Source: Nageia nagi
Taxonomy: Eukaryota > Plantae > Pinophyta
Direction of reading: 5' to 3'
Length of the DNA: 64,000 bases
NCBI GenBank assembly: GCA_050084985.1
Contig: JBITNC010000001.1
Coordinates: 43,214,001 to 43,278,000 of the forward strand
Shown here piece after piece: positions 27,201 through 41,005 of this stretch. Below the pieces are notes generated by a model that had not been told where the DNA came from, did not search any database, and saw only the letters and a list, made by a program, of their open reading frames with translations. The translations under genes were made by a program, and so were the position numbers. Every line of letters begins with the position of its first letter. Position 1 is the stretch's first letter.

Positions 27201-28839
27201 TGTATACCAAGATTTTCATGTGAGAGGGATCATCAAACCTCTATTGTGCTCCTTCTCAACATTACACCTCAAAACCCTCCCAAAAAAAACATAGCCTCAT
27301 AGCTTCCAAAATAGACACCATCTTGCCCTATCTATCAAGTGCAACTAGAACTAAACATGATCAAGGTAAAGAGGATCAACTAGATAGTCATAACCAAATC
27401 AACATGCACCTCAAATTATCCCAAATACATTGAGTTTGAGAAGGGCCCTCATCTACACAATAAGATCCCAAGCCATCGATCTTGAATAGAACCAACACAT
27501 CGACGAAAAAGTGTAAAAGAACTACTTAGAAAAAATGGATCCTATATCCCCCATAGAACTAGAAAAAGCCTTATAAAATCTTAATTCCCAAAATAACTCT
27601 TAACCAAATTTGTTAGGGAATAGAGCTTCTCAAACCTTTATAACACCCCACCTCCAGATTACACCTTATAACTCTCCCTAATAGATCTCTAATGAGATCG
27701 CTTCAATGCTTCCATTGTATAACACCTCTATAAGGCCTTGCAAGCCTTCAAATAATCCTTATGTCTCTTGTGCATCCATGGAGACCTTCAAGATAAACAA
27801 ACCTCTTGCAGGACAAACCCTCACTTGAAACTCAACCCATAAAGGATAGAAAAAGTAGTAGACACTACCTCTAAATTAACCCTCATCAGTTTGACTTTAA
27901 CAAAAAGACTCCTCAAGTCTCCTATGCATCAAAGGAGACCTTTAGATCCTATGAACCATCTACAAGAAAATTAGGCTGCACCCTAATCCTACTCCCTAGG
28001 TTTTTCTCCTACCTATGTGAGTAGTGCTCCTGATGCAGATGAGATCTCACTCCTACATTTTTTTGTTAAATTTATATTTAATTAAAAATAAAAATTATAT
28101 ATTATATATTTAATTTAATTTTTTGTTTTACTTTATATTTAGTTTAATTTAAGTTTAAATTTTTATTAATAAATAACTAGTATATATTATATTATATTAC
28201 ATAAAATATATTATTTTGTAGTTTAATAGAAGTTTCTTAATCTATATTTATTCATGTATTTATTTTTATTTTTGTTGGAGGAGTATTTTTGATCTTTTCA
28301 TTTAATTTAATACCAATTATGTTAAATAACAATACTAAATAAAGTACTAAAAATAAAACCTAATATTTGCTTATTTCATGTGGATTATGAATAAGATTTA
28401 ATCTCAATAGGGTCTAAACAACTCATTCCTAAAAACCAAACCTCTAATCCTACCAAACATGATGCATCAACATATGATGTGCATCAAAATATTATGGTAC
28501 AATGGTATTGTAGATAATAAATATAAACAAAAAATAATTTTATGAATACAATACTTATTCAAATATAATGATAAATAAATGAAAAACATGCACATGATTA
28601 TCATAAGGCAATCCTCAAGTTATGGCAAGATATATGGAGGATTGAATTGGATCAAAAGTGAGCATGCATAAGATATTCAATGTACTAGATGTATGTTTGT
28701 CACCTCCTTTATCTGTAGCTCTAAATCATAAACTCGTACGATGCTAATGATGTGCCAAATCTAGTACACATGCAATGTTAAACATGTAGAATTAGAAATC
28801 ATACAAAATATAGCATATAATAATAGCTTAGAGAAAACA

Positions 28840-29180
28840 AATCTTCTAATAGGTGGTGTTAAGAGACACAATAAATATGATGTATGGGAAGACCACCTAT
28901 TAGAGATATTTGATAGGGACGTCAACCTCCATCTCCTATACTTATAACCTATAAGGAAATAGAAAGAAGTAAAAGCTGACTCATAGAAATAATATAATCA
29001 TTGTTGTATTCAAGATACTTTAAAATATGAACCATGGTAAATAATTAGCATTTAATATAACACATGGTATTGCATTGTAATATCAACTTTATCTTGGTAT
29101 TTGTAATATTACTTTTATCACTTTTAGAGATATCTAAAATATGATTTATTAAATAAACAATAAATCAAGTTTAGGTGTCT
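28840..29180. repeat. Dispersed repeat copy 2
   Basis: Direct-orientation homolog of 26860-27200. Confidence 0.85.
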
Positions 29181-30369
29181 ACATCTATACAATAAATCAA
29201 TGTATACCTATCCTTCCTCAAATCCTTCATATTTATATACATAGGTAAGGTTGTCAAACTTAATTATGATATAATAAATAAGGAATGCAATAAGCACATG
29301 AGGCATATATTTATACTTAATAGATGGCATCAAGCATATAATTAATTAGTATTGTATAAATACATATATCAAGGTCTAGATATGATCAATGATACATTCT
29401 TCCTCCCTTATATAGATGCGAGGTTACATCTCAACCAAGATATCTTCTTGGTTAGGGCACCATGGACCTGTCACCAAAAGAATAGAAAGGAGATACATTG
29501 CACTTTATTTCACAATTATCTGAAACTAACAAATTAATTTACTTTCATACTTAAATTACCTAAAATATGATTTTTAATTAAATAAAAATTAAATTTAGGT
29601 ATTAATAGATGTACCATTTTAAATATAATTTTGATAAAATGAAAACTATAATTCAAAGAAAAAAAAATTACTTCCCTCTTTAAATATTCATAATAGTAGC
29701 TTGGAGCTCCTTATTTCTCCTATATATAATTCTCCCTCTTTGGATTGGACACTATAATGAATACCTATATAAAATGGAAGACATCAATATAGTGAAGATG
29801 ATGATCATAGCTATTTTAAACAAGTTAGGGATGTAGTTCCCTTTGTCATAATTGCTAGATTGTTGGGTATGATAATCAACAAGAAATCCTAGATGTCATC
29901 CATATTGAGAATCCTTCATACTTAGAAACTATAAAAATCATATTCCAAAAGGTATACCATAATAATATTGCATGTTCTATCACTTTTATGGGAGCTCAAG
30001 TAGCCTAGAATATTACAATTGATGACCAAAAGTATCATCTAGTTGATATCTTTCCATAATAGTTGTTACTTAATGATGTTTAGGTAAAAAGAATTAAAAT
30101 AACCACTACTTTCAACTATGATATTTTTTGTTTTATTTTAATTGTAATGTTATTCTCTCTCCTTTCCCCAAACATGGATGGAAAGAGTCCCATTGTTATT
30201 TCCTAATCATTTCTATCCTAATTCATACAATTGAAGTTCAAAATCATCAACTTATGCCCATGGGTCAAACAAATAATCACTTTGATTCAAGGTTAGAAAA
30301 AATTTCCCAAATTGGATATTTAGAGATTTCTAAAATATCAAAAAATCCTCATATTTAGAGATAAATTAG

Positions 30370-31066
30370 ATGGACGAGATAGCTTATAGGCTATAGGGCT
30401 AATCTTCCTTATGATCTCAAAGGGTCCCACATATCAAGGATCAAGTTTAGAAGTTTTAATGGAACTCTTCTTTAGATGTACTCATAAGAAGACCATGTAT
30501 CCTATTGAGAATTATCAAGGAGTTATTTTTATATCAACATAACATTTTGTTTTTTGCTAGAAGGCATCTAGAGTCTTTGCTGAATTTCCTTAAGATGATC
30601 TTCTATTTCCTTAACTAGATTAGGTCCTATCATTACTCAATCCTCCATGTTATCCTAGGAAAATGGAGTTAAACATCAATGTATAGAGTGCTTCAAACAA
30701 ACCTATATCAAAATAAGTTTAATATTCATTATTGTATGCAAATTCAACCAAGAAGAGAAAATCCTACCATTTAGTCTTTTGGTCCATAGAATACATTTTT
30801 AATATATCTTTAAGAACCCAATTCACTCTTTCCATTTTCCCATTGATTTTGGGATGGTATGCTAAACTAATATTCAATTTGGTACCTATTACTTTTTGCA
30901 AAGATTTCCAAAATTAAGAAGTGAACCTTGAATCTCTATCTAAGATGATCATTTTAGGGAAGCCATGCAACCTTACTATTTCCTTGGAAAATTTATCTAG
31001 TTACCATAGTGGCATTATTTATAGTATTACTAGGGATAAAGTGTGCTACTTTTGTAAGCTTATTAT
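30370..31066 (-). mobile_element. Degenerate Ty3/gypsy integrase (rve core and GPF motif)
   Basis: Minus strand: NKLTKVAHFIP...FSKEIVRLHGFPKMIILDRDSRFTS*FWKSLQKVIGTKLNISLAYHPKINGKMERVNWVLKDILKMY...LVEFAYNN...KLDP*YVGPFEIIRKISPIA. Confidence 0.9.
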
Positions 31067-32756
31067 TGATCAGTATAGCGTAACTTCAAAGGGTTTGGTT
31101 TGGTCATGTTCTCCATTACTCGTAATGGTAGTTTTCTTGAAAGAGCAGAAGCTGGTGGGGATGTGCTTATGTTGGTTATCTACTCAATCTTCGATTTATA
31201 GGTTGATTCTTATCTATATTTAAGGTTAAAAGTAATTGGAAAGAAATGAAAGGATAAAGAGTTATAGGAAATAGATAATTAAATAAAAAAAGACTTAAAA
31301 TAAGAAATATACAATTTGAGCATTGTAGCATAGATAATAATCCATGGCCAAGATCAAAAATAGCAAGCTATCTCACACCTGGAGTCTTGCAATCATAATA
31401 CGTAATCATAGTATACAACCATAACTTGAAGAAAAAATTTCACACGTAACATCCAAAAAAGTAATAAATATCCACTTTGTTGCAAGAGGGCAAAGCATTA
31501 TCTATTTCTATTATCATATGTGAATATATCTTACAGATTTGAGCAAATTTGCTAGAATGTTCGACTCTTTTGATCTCTAAAAGTTAGCTATTTATACATC
31601 CTTCCCCCCTTCTTGGGTGGTTATGTTTCATTAATATATATAATTTCTCACATTGAATGAAGCAATTAAAATAGCACTTACAATAAATACTATAATTGTG
31701 TTATATTACATAGTGAATAAGTGCCAATAGCATGAATATCTAGGAATTTGGAATTTATGAATAGTCATGTCCATAGAGCTACAATCCTTCTGACATGTTG
31801 ACTACTCCTTCTTTGGCCTTGTAGTTGATTGAAGATGGCATTGTAGCTATCTGAATAATTATTTATTTTTAGATTGATGGGTATGATTTGGTACTATGCT
31901 CTATCAGTTGCTATTTACTTTTTTGCAACCTTTTTGATCTCTACTATAGATGTTAGTAATCAGAGTAATGGTGGTTGGTAAACATTATATCAACTTGGTT
32001 CAAGAAGAAACTAACACTGTTATGTGGAAATGAGTTGGTGTTGACACATTAATAGGGCCTTGGGGTCAAACACTTAAGATAAAGTGGACCCAGGTGTTCC
32101 TTCTTATGCATTACTCTTACCTTTGCTTGGTGGGTTCTATTTTCTTCATCTGAACTTTGTTGATGATCTAGTTCTTTCAAAACTCATTTATTTTAGTCAA
32201 AAACTATGAAATCTTCACTCAAAATTAGTGGGCTCTATTTGATGTCTTCATAAATCTTTATTCACCATTGCTTATTCTAGGACTTGCTGATTTCAAACAA
32301 AAATTATGACATCATCACTCAGAATTGGCAAGCTTTGTTTGATGTCTTCATAAATCTTCACTCGCCATTACTTATTCTGAGATGCATTGATCTCAATCAC
32401 AAATTATGATGTCATCACTCAAAATCAATGGGCTTTGTTAGATGTCTTGGATTTGAATTTATACAACTCTCGAACATTCATATTAATAATTCCTGGACAC
32501 TCTAAGGGAACATGAGACTCATGATGTTTGAAATCTTCATGGGTGAAGGTTCCTAAATTGGATTTGTGATTTCCAACATTTGTGCTACTATTAGCATTGG
32601 TACTGATGGTAGCATACATATTCATGGGCTTGTCCACACTAGTCTCAGTGATAATATGGATTGCTAGGGTGGATGTTTTTGCAATGAGATCTTAAAAGTA
32701 AGGTATTTCCATTAGTTTGGTTAATACTTTGGGAGTTATGATTGCCATTTCTATCA
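31067..32756 (-). mobile_element. Long LTR-like repeat interrupting the integrase
   Basis: Starts TGATCAG exactly where integrase similarity stops. Homologous in inverted orientation to ~57900-59441. Minus-strand TATA-like box near 31590; internal ~100-bp repeats at 32200-32450. Right boundary (..CTATCA) uncertain. Confidence 0.65.
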
Positions 32757-35189
32757 CACTCATAAAATTTTGATCAAATGCAACCAAAAACCCTATGGTT
32801 ATTGATGTAGAATATGGGTAGGTTCAACAACACTTATATTCTAACCCTAATATAGAGAAAGAAAATGCTATAAAAGGTGGGCACCAATATGTTGATATGT
32901 ATTTTGGTACACCTAGGGTTTTACCTATAAATGAACTAAAATCATATAAATATTTACTATATGATAAACTTAAGCTAATTAACTTAGATAAAGATACATA
33001 AATAAGGGAATTCAATAGTGCAGTATCATAATAACAAAATTACATTGATGTTAAGATGTAAAATGTAACTACAAGCACTAAAGATAAAGGAATCAAGTGA
33101 AAGATAAATACCTATATCGATATTGAGGATATGATGAATGAACTGGTTGAAGATAGGTGACCATATTGTGTGAACCCCAAGGCTAGTGTGAGTGCTAGTA
33201 TCTGAAAACTAAGCATGGGTGTGAACATTAGTGCGAGAATAAATATTCCTAAAGAATGAGGTTCACCAACAAGGATCAATGAAAACAAAGATGATGGTAA
33301 GTTTAATCAAGCATATGATCATAAAAATAGATGATAAATATTTTCTCAAATGATAACAAGATTCTAGTATCAACAAGAGACATTAGAAATACCCAAGTGT
33401 AGGGTACCATCTATCAAGAGTAGAGATACTTGGCCATTGGCTAAGCTAAACTTTCTTCATGACTCTGAGGCATGCTCATGCATTATTTGATAATCTAGTC
33501 ACTTTAGATCTCCATACTAGCTATAAGTTGATCATGCCCAAGCAATGTTGCTCATTGCCATTATAAAAATTGGGTCCCCAAAATGCTGCATCTTGGGGTG
33601 TGTTGTGTGGGCACAATAGGTAGATGACTTGATCAAAAAGGGAATTTCCATAATGGAGACCCGTGTTTGAGTCCCAATACCTATTTGTATCTTACTTGTA
33701 CTAAACTATTTCTTTGGGCTTAGGTGGTAGAAAAAGTAATAGTATCAAAAAAATGTTTATGTAAAAACATAACTTTCACTATTAATATTATTGCACATAT
33801 TTACTAATAAGACCCCTTTTAACAATTCTATACTTTTCAATCATTCTTTTGTCTAAGACACTTGTTGACCAAAATGCACATGTTGACATGGTCTTTCTGT
33901 GGAACATTTTCTTTTGTGTTATGGCAACCTAACTATGGATAATTGATAAGTTTGAAGTATAAGATGATGTACTTTCTAACGATGTTTCATTTGTTGTTTT
34001 TCCATCAAACATTTCCAACCAAAGGAATATATTCAGCTCATAATTAAACAATGGTAAAAAGTTCCACCAAGATAAAGGATCTTTATACAAGTTAATTACC
34101 ATTTTTCACCTTGAAATTTTCAACATCTTTAATGGGCCTCTACAGTTCAGGAATCAATTCCCCATGAGTTTCAAGTTGCATTTTTTAAAATGTTGTTGTT
34201 ATGCCTCCACAACATGCTCCAAAATCTTCAATTTTGGGGACTCAAATTTTTACTAAGTTATGATCAATCAAGCTAGAGTTTCATGCATCTTGTCATCATC
34301 ATTAGAACCCCATTGAGAGCCCAATGTTGCTTGTCATTCCCAATCCTAGTCACAATAAGCCCAAAAGTAAAGATGTCAAAATTTGACTAAGTTTTGTACA
34401 TAGGAGAGAATCTAAGGGTAGCCTAGGTCTAGAGAACAAGGCAATGGAGAGTCTAAGCTTGAAACTAATAAAATTTGGCTACATCCATGACTTTTTCATA
34501 GGTGTGCCTAGTTAGAAGCCCACTAGGGGAGGCATGTATGTGTAAAGAGGTCATAATCATGACTTTTGGAGAGGTACACTCTATTGATGAAGCCTTCTAG
34601 GATGTTTCAAAGAGCAAAATGAACTAAGTCTTGGATCTAGAGCATGGAAATCAAGTTGGAAATCACCAAGGAGGTTGGTACATATCTCAAAAAGACAAAA
34701 TTATGAATTTTCAAAACATGCACTTAACCAAGAAGAGTCCCAATTTAGAGCCAAGATAGTCAAGATGCAAAATTATAACCTCTAGGATGGATTTTCAAGC
34801 AAAATAAAGGTCAAATGGGTGAGTGTATGACAAAAAAAGACATAAGCAAAAGAAAGACCAATAGAGTGAGCACATGAAAAAAAAGACATAATTATGACTT
34901 TATAAGGCATGCACCTAGATCAGGGACACCTAGATGCCATGTGCATGTAGAAAAAAGGCAAATATAACTTCTAGGAGCATGCTTTTGGCTTAGCTGATGT
35001 TTCATATGACTTCAAGGTAAAACTTTGGCTAAGTGTCAACTTTGGAGTACCTAGATCAACTTAATATGGCATGAGAAAGATACAAGGAGGAGAGCACATG
35101 AAAAAAAGCCAAAAAAAGGTAAGGGGGACTAGTAAAATAATAATAAAGGATACCTTATCCCTCAAGAAAACCTTTGTTGCCACTATTAA

Positions 35190-38100
35190 AGGCACCCTTT
35201 CATCTACCTAGTAATGAAGAAGAAAGGGAACTTGAACAACCCTCATGAAAACCTAAAAAATCTTCATCAAATCCTCCACCACCAATTAGTGGGGATGAGA
35301 AAGAACCAAAGAAGAATTCATGTTCTACTAAAAGACCACCAACTCCACCTCCTACCCCACCTACATCATTAGATGATGACTTTGGTTTTGATGGGGACTC
35401 TTCTTCATCTTCTTTTGAAATTGAATATGCAAATAATAGGAGTGATAACTTTGACTATGAAACCATGGATGAAGAAGAAGAAAGTCCTTTATTTAGCCAT
35501 CAAAAACAAAAAAACAAGAATCAAAACCAAAAATAAAAAGAAGTCTAAGAATAGTAAAAGGAAACACTTACAAAAGAGTTAGCCAAAAGGCTTAAGAAGC
35601 TTAAAAAGGCCAAAGAGGATGAGGATAGAGATAAGGATATCACATATGGTAATATGAATAACAACCCTATACATCCTAGTCTCCTTAAGAAGAAGATCCC
35701 ACCAAAATTAGACTTGACCAAGATAGGCCCTTTTTGAGGAAAAGAAGATCCCAAAGAACATATTTTGTGCTTTAGGTATTCTAGTTTGTACATTATGGAT
35801 AATGATGCTCTAATGGTTAGAGCATTTCCCATGATGTTGAACAGAAGCACTATTGATTGGTAGAATAGCCTACCAAGGCACAATATCAGGAGTTTTAATC
35901 AATTGGTTGATCTTTTTCATAAGCAATTTAGGATCAACATTAAGGATAAGCCCTCACTAATAAACATCACAAGACTTCAACAATTTCTTAATGAAATAGA
36001 CACTGCTTACATGGCTTGGAGGTAGGCAATCCTCACCAACCTATCCTAAACTATTACACCAGTTGACTTGGCCATAATGTTTAGCCAAATTTGCCTAAGA
36101 CCCATTGCAAGCACCCTAGAGATACAATAGCATAAGACTTTAAAATATGCCATTACACAAGTAGTAGTAATTGAAAGGGTTAAAATTCATGATGGAGATT
36201 TGAAAGTATTAAAATGAGAAAATAATGGTAAAAGAAGTATGCAAGATCCTATATCAAAGAAAAAATTGGTTAACTAGGTAGGTCAACATGATCAAACAAA
36301 GGAATCAAACAATGTGAGTGAACCACACAATAGTAAGAAACCCATGGATAAAGGGAAAAGAGAAAAGTGGGATAAGATTAGAAAATTTACATAATTATTT
36401 GAATCACTTGACATAGTTCTCAAAATATTGTGTGATAATTAAATGATCAAACTCCTTGAACTAAGACTTGAACCCTCATATGATAAGAAAACTAAGTGGT
36501 TCAAGGAAGATCAATTTTACGAATATCATAAAATATGAGGACACAATATGAATAAGTGTATAACCCTACAACATAGGATACAAGACCTTATTGACAAGGG
36601 GAAAATCGATGTGGATAATCCCTTAACTATGCCAAACAAAGGCCTAGGGATATACCAAAATGCCCCCCATCAACATTAGGTTAATAGTATCTTTCCCATT
36701 GAAATAGAGAATGTAATTGATCCTTGTGACCCAAATGGTAAACTTTTTGTTGGAATGATAGGTGTCATAATAAAAGCGCAAAAGGCTTCAGGAAAACATG
36801 TCTAGCCCTGATCATCAGTAAGAAACACCACAAGTATCTCAGCTTATAACAATTCCAAGACCCCAACTACCTCTTAGAATATCAATCAAAGAAACCGTTA
36901 AACAATAATTAAAACTTACACCCCTTAAAATGATGTTATACCAATTGCTGGAAGAGTAAACACCCCATAGGGATGTAATGGATAAAATCCTATGCACTTT
37001 GGAAATTGATGCTCATAATCCAAATAGTTTCATGACATGGATTAACAATGTTAGGATAGGTACTAAACTTATAATAAGTTACCATGACCATGAAATGAAG
37101 ACAACACCTGATACAAATGGGCTTGATCCCCCACTCCACATTATAGTAGAAGTGGATGGTAAGCTATATAAAAGGATATTGATAGATGGTGGCTTGGCAA
37201 TAAATATTATTTCATTAAGTACTTTTTAGAATTTGGGCATTATTGTGTCATATATTTTGACTTCATAATTGCAAATCAAAGCCTTCAATGATGCCTTATG
37301 TGAAACCATAGGATCCATTAGCTTGCCTATCAAAGTAGGGGTAAAAATAGTACAAACTATTTTGCATATTATTGAAGGGGATATCATGCAATATAATGTT
37401 CTTCTAGGAAGACCTTGGATTAGGCACATGCAATGTGTTCCATCTACCCATCATATATGTATTAAATACATATACAATGGGATATTCCATCATGTACTTA
37501 GATATAAGAACCCCTATTCACATTTTAATATGGTGATCCTACCGAATGATATATAACTCCCATCCCCTCACTTTTCAATAGAGCTAATAAAAGAACATCT
37601 TGAGGGTCATAAGGCCACAAAACATTCTCCCACACCTTAAACATCCCAACATGAGGAGGAAAATGCCTCATATCCAAAAATGAAGGTAATTGATACCACA
37701 CCTATAACTAATTCCCAAGTTGTACCTATTTATGAAAAGAACCATTGGGAGCAAGAAGCAAGATATATGGATACAAAAACTAATACTTCTTCATCCAAAT
37801 AGCCTATCACTTTTAGTACAACCATCAGGAAAACAAGTGAGGGTGAGAGAATTTTGAGGATAGGCTTAGTGATAATAAAATTCTCCGATCACCACATGAG
37901 CTAATACAAAATCAAAGATGCAATGTTTTGCATTCCTTCCATAAGGGAGGAAGGTCAAACACACACATCTCACTTGGTCATAGGAAATAAAATGCCAATA
38001 GGAATTTATCCTAACCAAAATTTATTTATTTATGCTAGCTGGGTAGATCCTACTAAAATAAAAACCAAGGAGATCCCTAACCATGAAGGCACTTTGTATG

Positions 38101-38990
38101 CAACCCTCGAATACTTAGATCCTTTAGTCAAAACATTTATGTAGTGATATTTTCAAAAATGCCATTGGCAGGGTAATGGTTTAGGGAAATATGAACAAGG
38201 ACCTAGAGGTATCATCAAGATCAACTACCAAATGCCCTATGATAAAAGAGGATTAGGGTATGTAGAAGAAGGTGCAAGACAATATCCATGAGAGAGAGGT
38301 GAACTTGAAGCTAAGATTATTGATTTTGAGGATATGGATAAATCACCACCTTGGGAAATACCAAGAGATGATAGTTGGTCAGACTTATCCATCTCAAAAG
38401 ACTTCTTTGAGAAATGTGTAATAGATACTCCAACACAAAAGTAACTTTCTAAGTAAATATGGTCATTATTAGAGAATGCCATTCTCTCCCATCATCTCCT
38501 TCAAGCTAGGGCAAGTATCTTTTGATGGATTAAGAAGTGAAGAATTTGATTTGCCTTATGAGTTAGATGTGCTCACCTAGTTACCTTATCTAATGGTGGA
38601 TGATCAAATAGCTAATTTTACACTTCTCATAGAAAATACATTAGAATATGATTGCAATGACATGAATATGATTCTTAATTCACATGAGTTTATCGTAAAT
38701 AGCATCCTGGATGAACAAGAACCTATCAAATATGAGCCCTTAGAGGATACACATTGGATTCCTATCCCTAACCAATTAGAGGAAGGATCACACATGTTGA
38801 TTGAAGGAGTCCTTAAAGTTGACATCAATGATGATCTTAACAACCCAAGAATAATAAACTAGGTGAATCTTTAAATGAATGAGAGCAAAAACAGTATACT
38901 CAAATACTCAAGGATAGATGAAAGTTGTTCACTTGGACCTATGAAGATATACTTGGATTAGACCAAAAGCTAGTAGTGCATAATTTAAAG
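35190..38990 (+). mobile_element. Degenerate Ty3/gypsy Tat/Ogre-type gag-protease-G-patch-RT(N-terminus)
   Basis: Retrotrans_gag (GKEDPKEHI..LMVRAFPMML..IDW*NSLP..IRSFNQLVDLF, ~35700-35940). Aspartic protease (RILIDGGLAINII..YNVLLGRPWI..VPSTHH, ~37130-37500). G-patch (WQGNGLGKYEQG..KRGLGY, ~38160-38260). RT start (LFTWTYEDILGLDQKLVVHNL, ~38920-38990). Many stops. Upstream 32890-35190 is probably its LTR/5'UTR (TGTTGATATGTATTTT start). Confidence 0.9.
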
Positions 38991-39745
38991 TAACATATCA
39001 TAAGTAAGGTACAAATATATAACCATCGCATGATATTACCATACAAACTAGTAAAGCATTGAAAAGATAAATATCATAAAACATATCATATATCCATGAT
39101 ACTATATACACCAAACAAAGTGTTAGAATAAACATATATAAGGCATAATATAATCATCTAGCACATCACAAAGAAAATATTCATCATAATCAATGATAAA
39201 AAGTAAACATGCATTAATATGAGTAACTCATCACATCTCATAAATAAACTCATCCATTTCATGACTCCCAAATATGCATCCATACATAACAATAAAGGTG
39301 TATAGAAAAAACACCATAATATGTGTGTGTAGGACATATAAAAAGTCAAACTATAATGGAAACATAAAGATTCCTCTCAAGTGGGTAAGCTCCCCTTGGA
39401 TCTAGGTAATAAGTTGCTAGCCTTGATCAATAAGATATATCAATCCATTAATATCCTCTAAGAAGGAGTCTACATTCCTCGTAGCTCCTCTAGTATGCCT
39501 AACTCCTATAGGAGTGGTAATGTCAACATTAGGAAGAGGCCTAGTTTGATCATCCCTATGAACTCCACCCTCCACATCTGGGTGCTATAATCCCTTGTTA
39601 GTAACATCCACATGGTGACCATCCTCATCTAGCCTTCATTGTTATGGGGCTCTCTCTCTCTCATCAAAAGTTATGGGAGGCTCCTCTGTAATAACGTGCT
39701 CATCTCCTCCATGCATGATCCTCTGTACAAATTAACTAAGGTCAT

Positions 39746-40895
39746 CTAGGTGTCACAAGCATTGAAAGTGGCACTTACAGCAAGCCCATCAATGTTATCA
39801 AGTGATGGATCTTCTCCATCAAAATTAGGCCCAACATATACCAATGGCTCTACATCATCACTGCATTGGTATCCTCTCACTGATATATTCAAAGAGGAGC
39901 AAGAATATCCTAGAATAAGTTGAACTATCATTGCATGTAACCATAAGGGAATAGCTCTAATGAAGTAGCTAATTGGCCTCACAAAACTTTCTCCTATCTC
40001 ATACTGACCAACTAATGGGTAGTATAAGGGTAATTTGGGATAGCCATGTCTATTTGCCATATGATCTATGCATCAGTAAGAGAACTAAAAACCCTATAGT
40101 AAAAGGGATGTCCCTCCTCCTCCCATTGGTGTGATGGATCATATATGTATGGTTCCAATAGTAGATGCCATTGCTAAAGTGTGTTCCCATAGTAATAAGA
40201 CTATGAAGGCCTGGTGGCCTAATTGGTTGAATATGCTCATATGCAAAAGTAGTAAGGAAGATAGTAAGACTAATAGATGGCCTATCTAACTACCTAAAGA
40301 AAAATAACTCTCTGTATACCATTGCCAATAAAGTTGGAATCTAGGAAAAAACCTTCTATATAATCAACATGTTAGCAATCATAGGTGTCAAGCCACATGC
40401 AAGATGACCAACACCAGTGTTTGGAATCCCATAACATAAATTGGTACCAATCAAGTAAGTTATGAGATGATAAGAAACTCTTATCTCCTCACTCCTCATC
40501 CATAACATATTATAGGGAAGTCCCCCTAAAGACATCAATGCCATAATAGGTGCACACTCATCAACCCCATATATCTCCTTAATCGCATCATGAGTAATAA
40601 CTTGATCATCCTAAGTCTCAATAAGCACTTTGCGCATAGGTAACTACAAAATGCAATGTACATCCTCAATGATAAGAGTGATGTGACCTATTGGTAGTAC
40701 AAAAGCATTGATAGAGGTATCCCAACACTCCATCAATGCATATAACATAGAATAATCAAATGTAATCCAGCCCATCTCAGGAATAGTCCCAAAACCCATA
40801 GCCTCTAACAACTCCCTGTCTGCTAGCAATAGTGAACTAGCAACCTCTATCAGGATGGTAAGGTATCTCCCTCGTGCAATGAAATGCTTGTGATC
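39746..40895 (-). pseudogene. Transposon-borne Plant Mobile Domain (PMD, aminotransferase-like) ORF, degenerate, antisense to gag-pol
   Basis: MLYALMECWDTSINAFVLPIGHITLIIEDVHCIL*LP matches PMD ALxERWxxxTxxFHLPxGExTITLEDVxxILxLP, with AYEHI downstream. Preceded in frame by the acceptor ccttttatttgatag| at 40895. Confidence 0.85.
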
Positions 40896-40913
40896 CTATC
40901 AAATAAAAGGGGG

Positions 40914-40948
40914 ATATATATATATATACATACATGCATAATACAATG

Positions 40949-40987
<39 letters not shown>

Positions 40988-41005
40988 TAATATCTATATA
41001 TTATA
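40914..41005. repeat. Imperfect (TA)n microsatellite
   Basis: Direct inspection; similar tracts at ~43003-43045 and 46138-46158. Confidence 0.9.
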
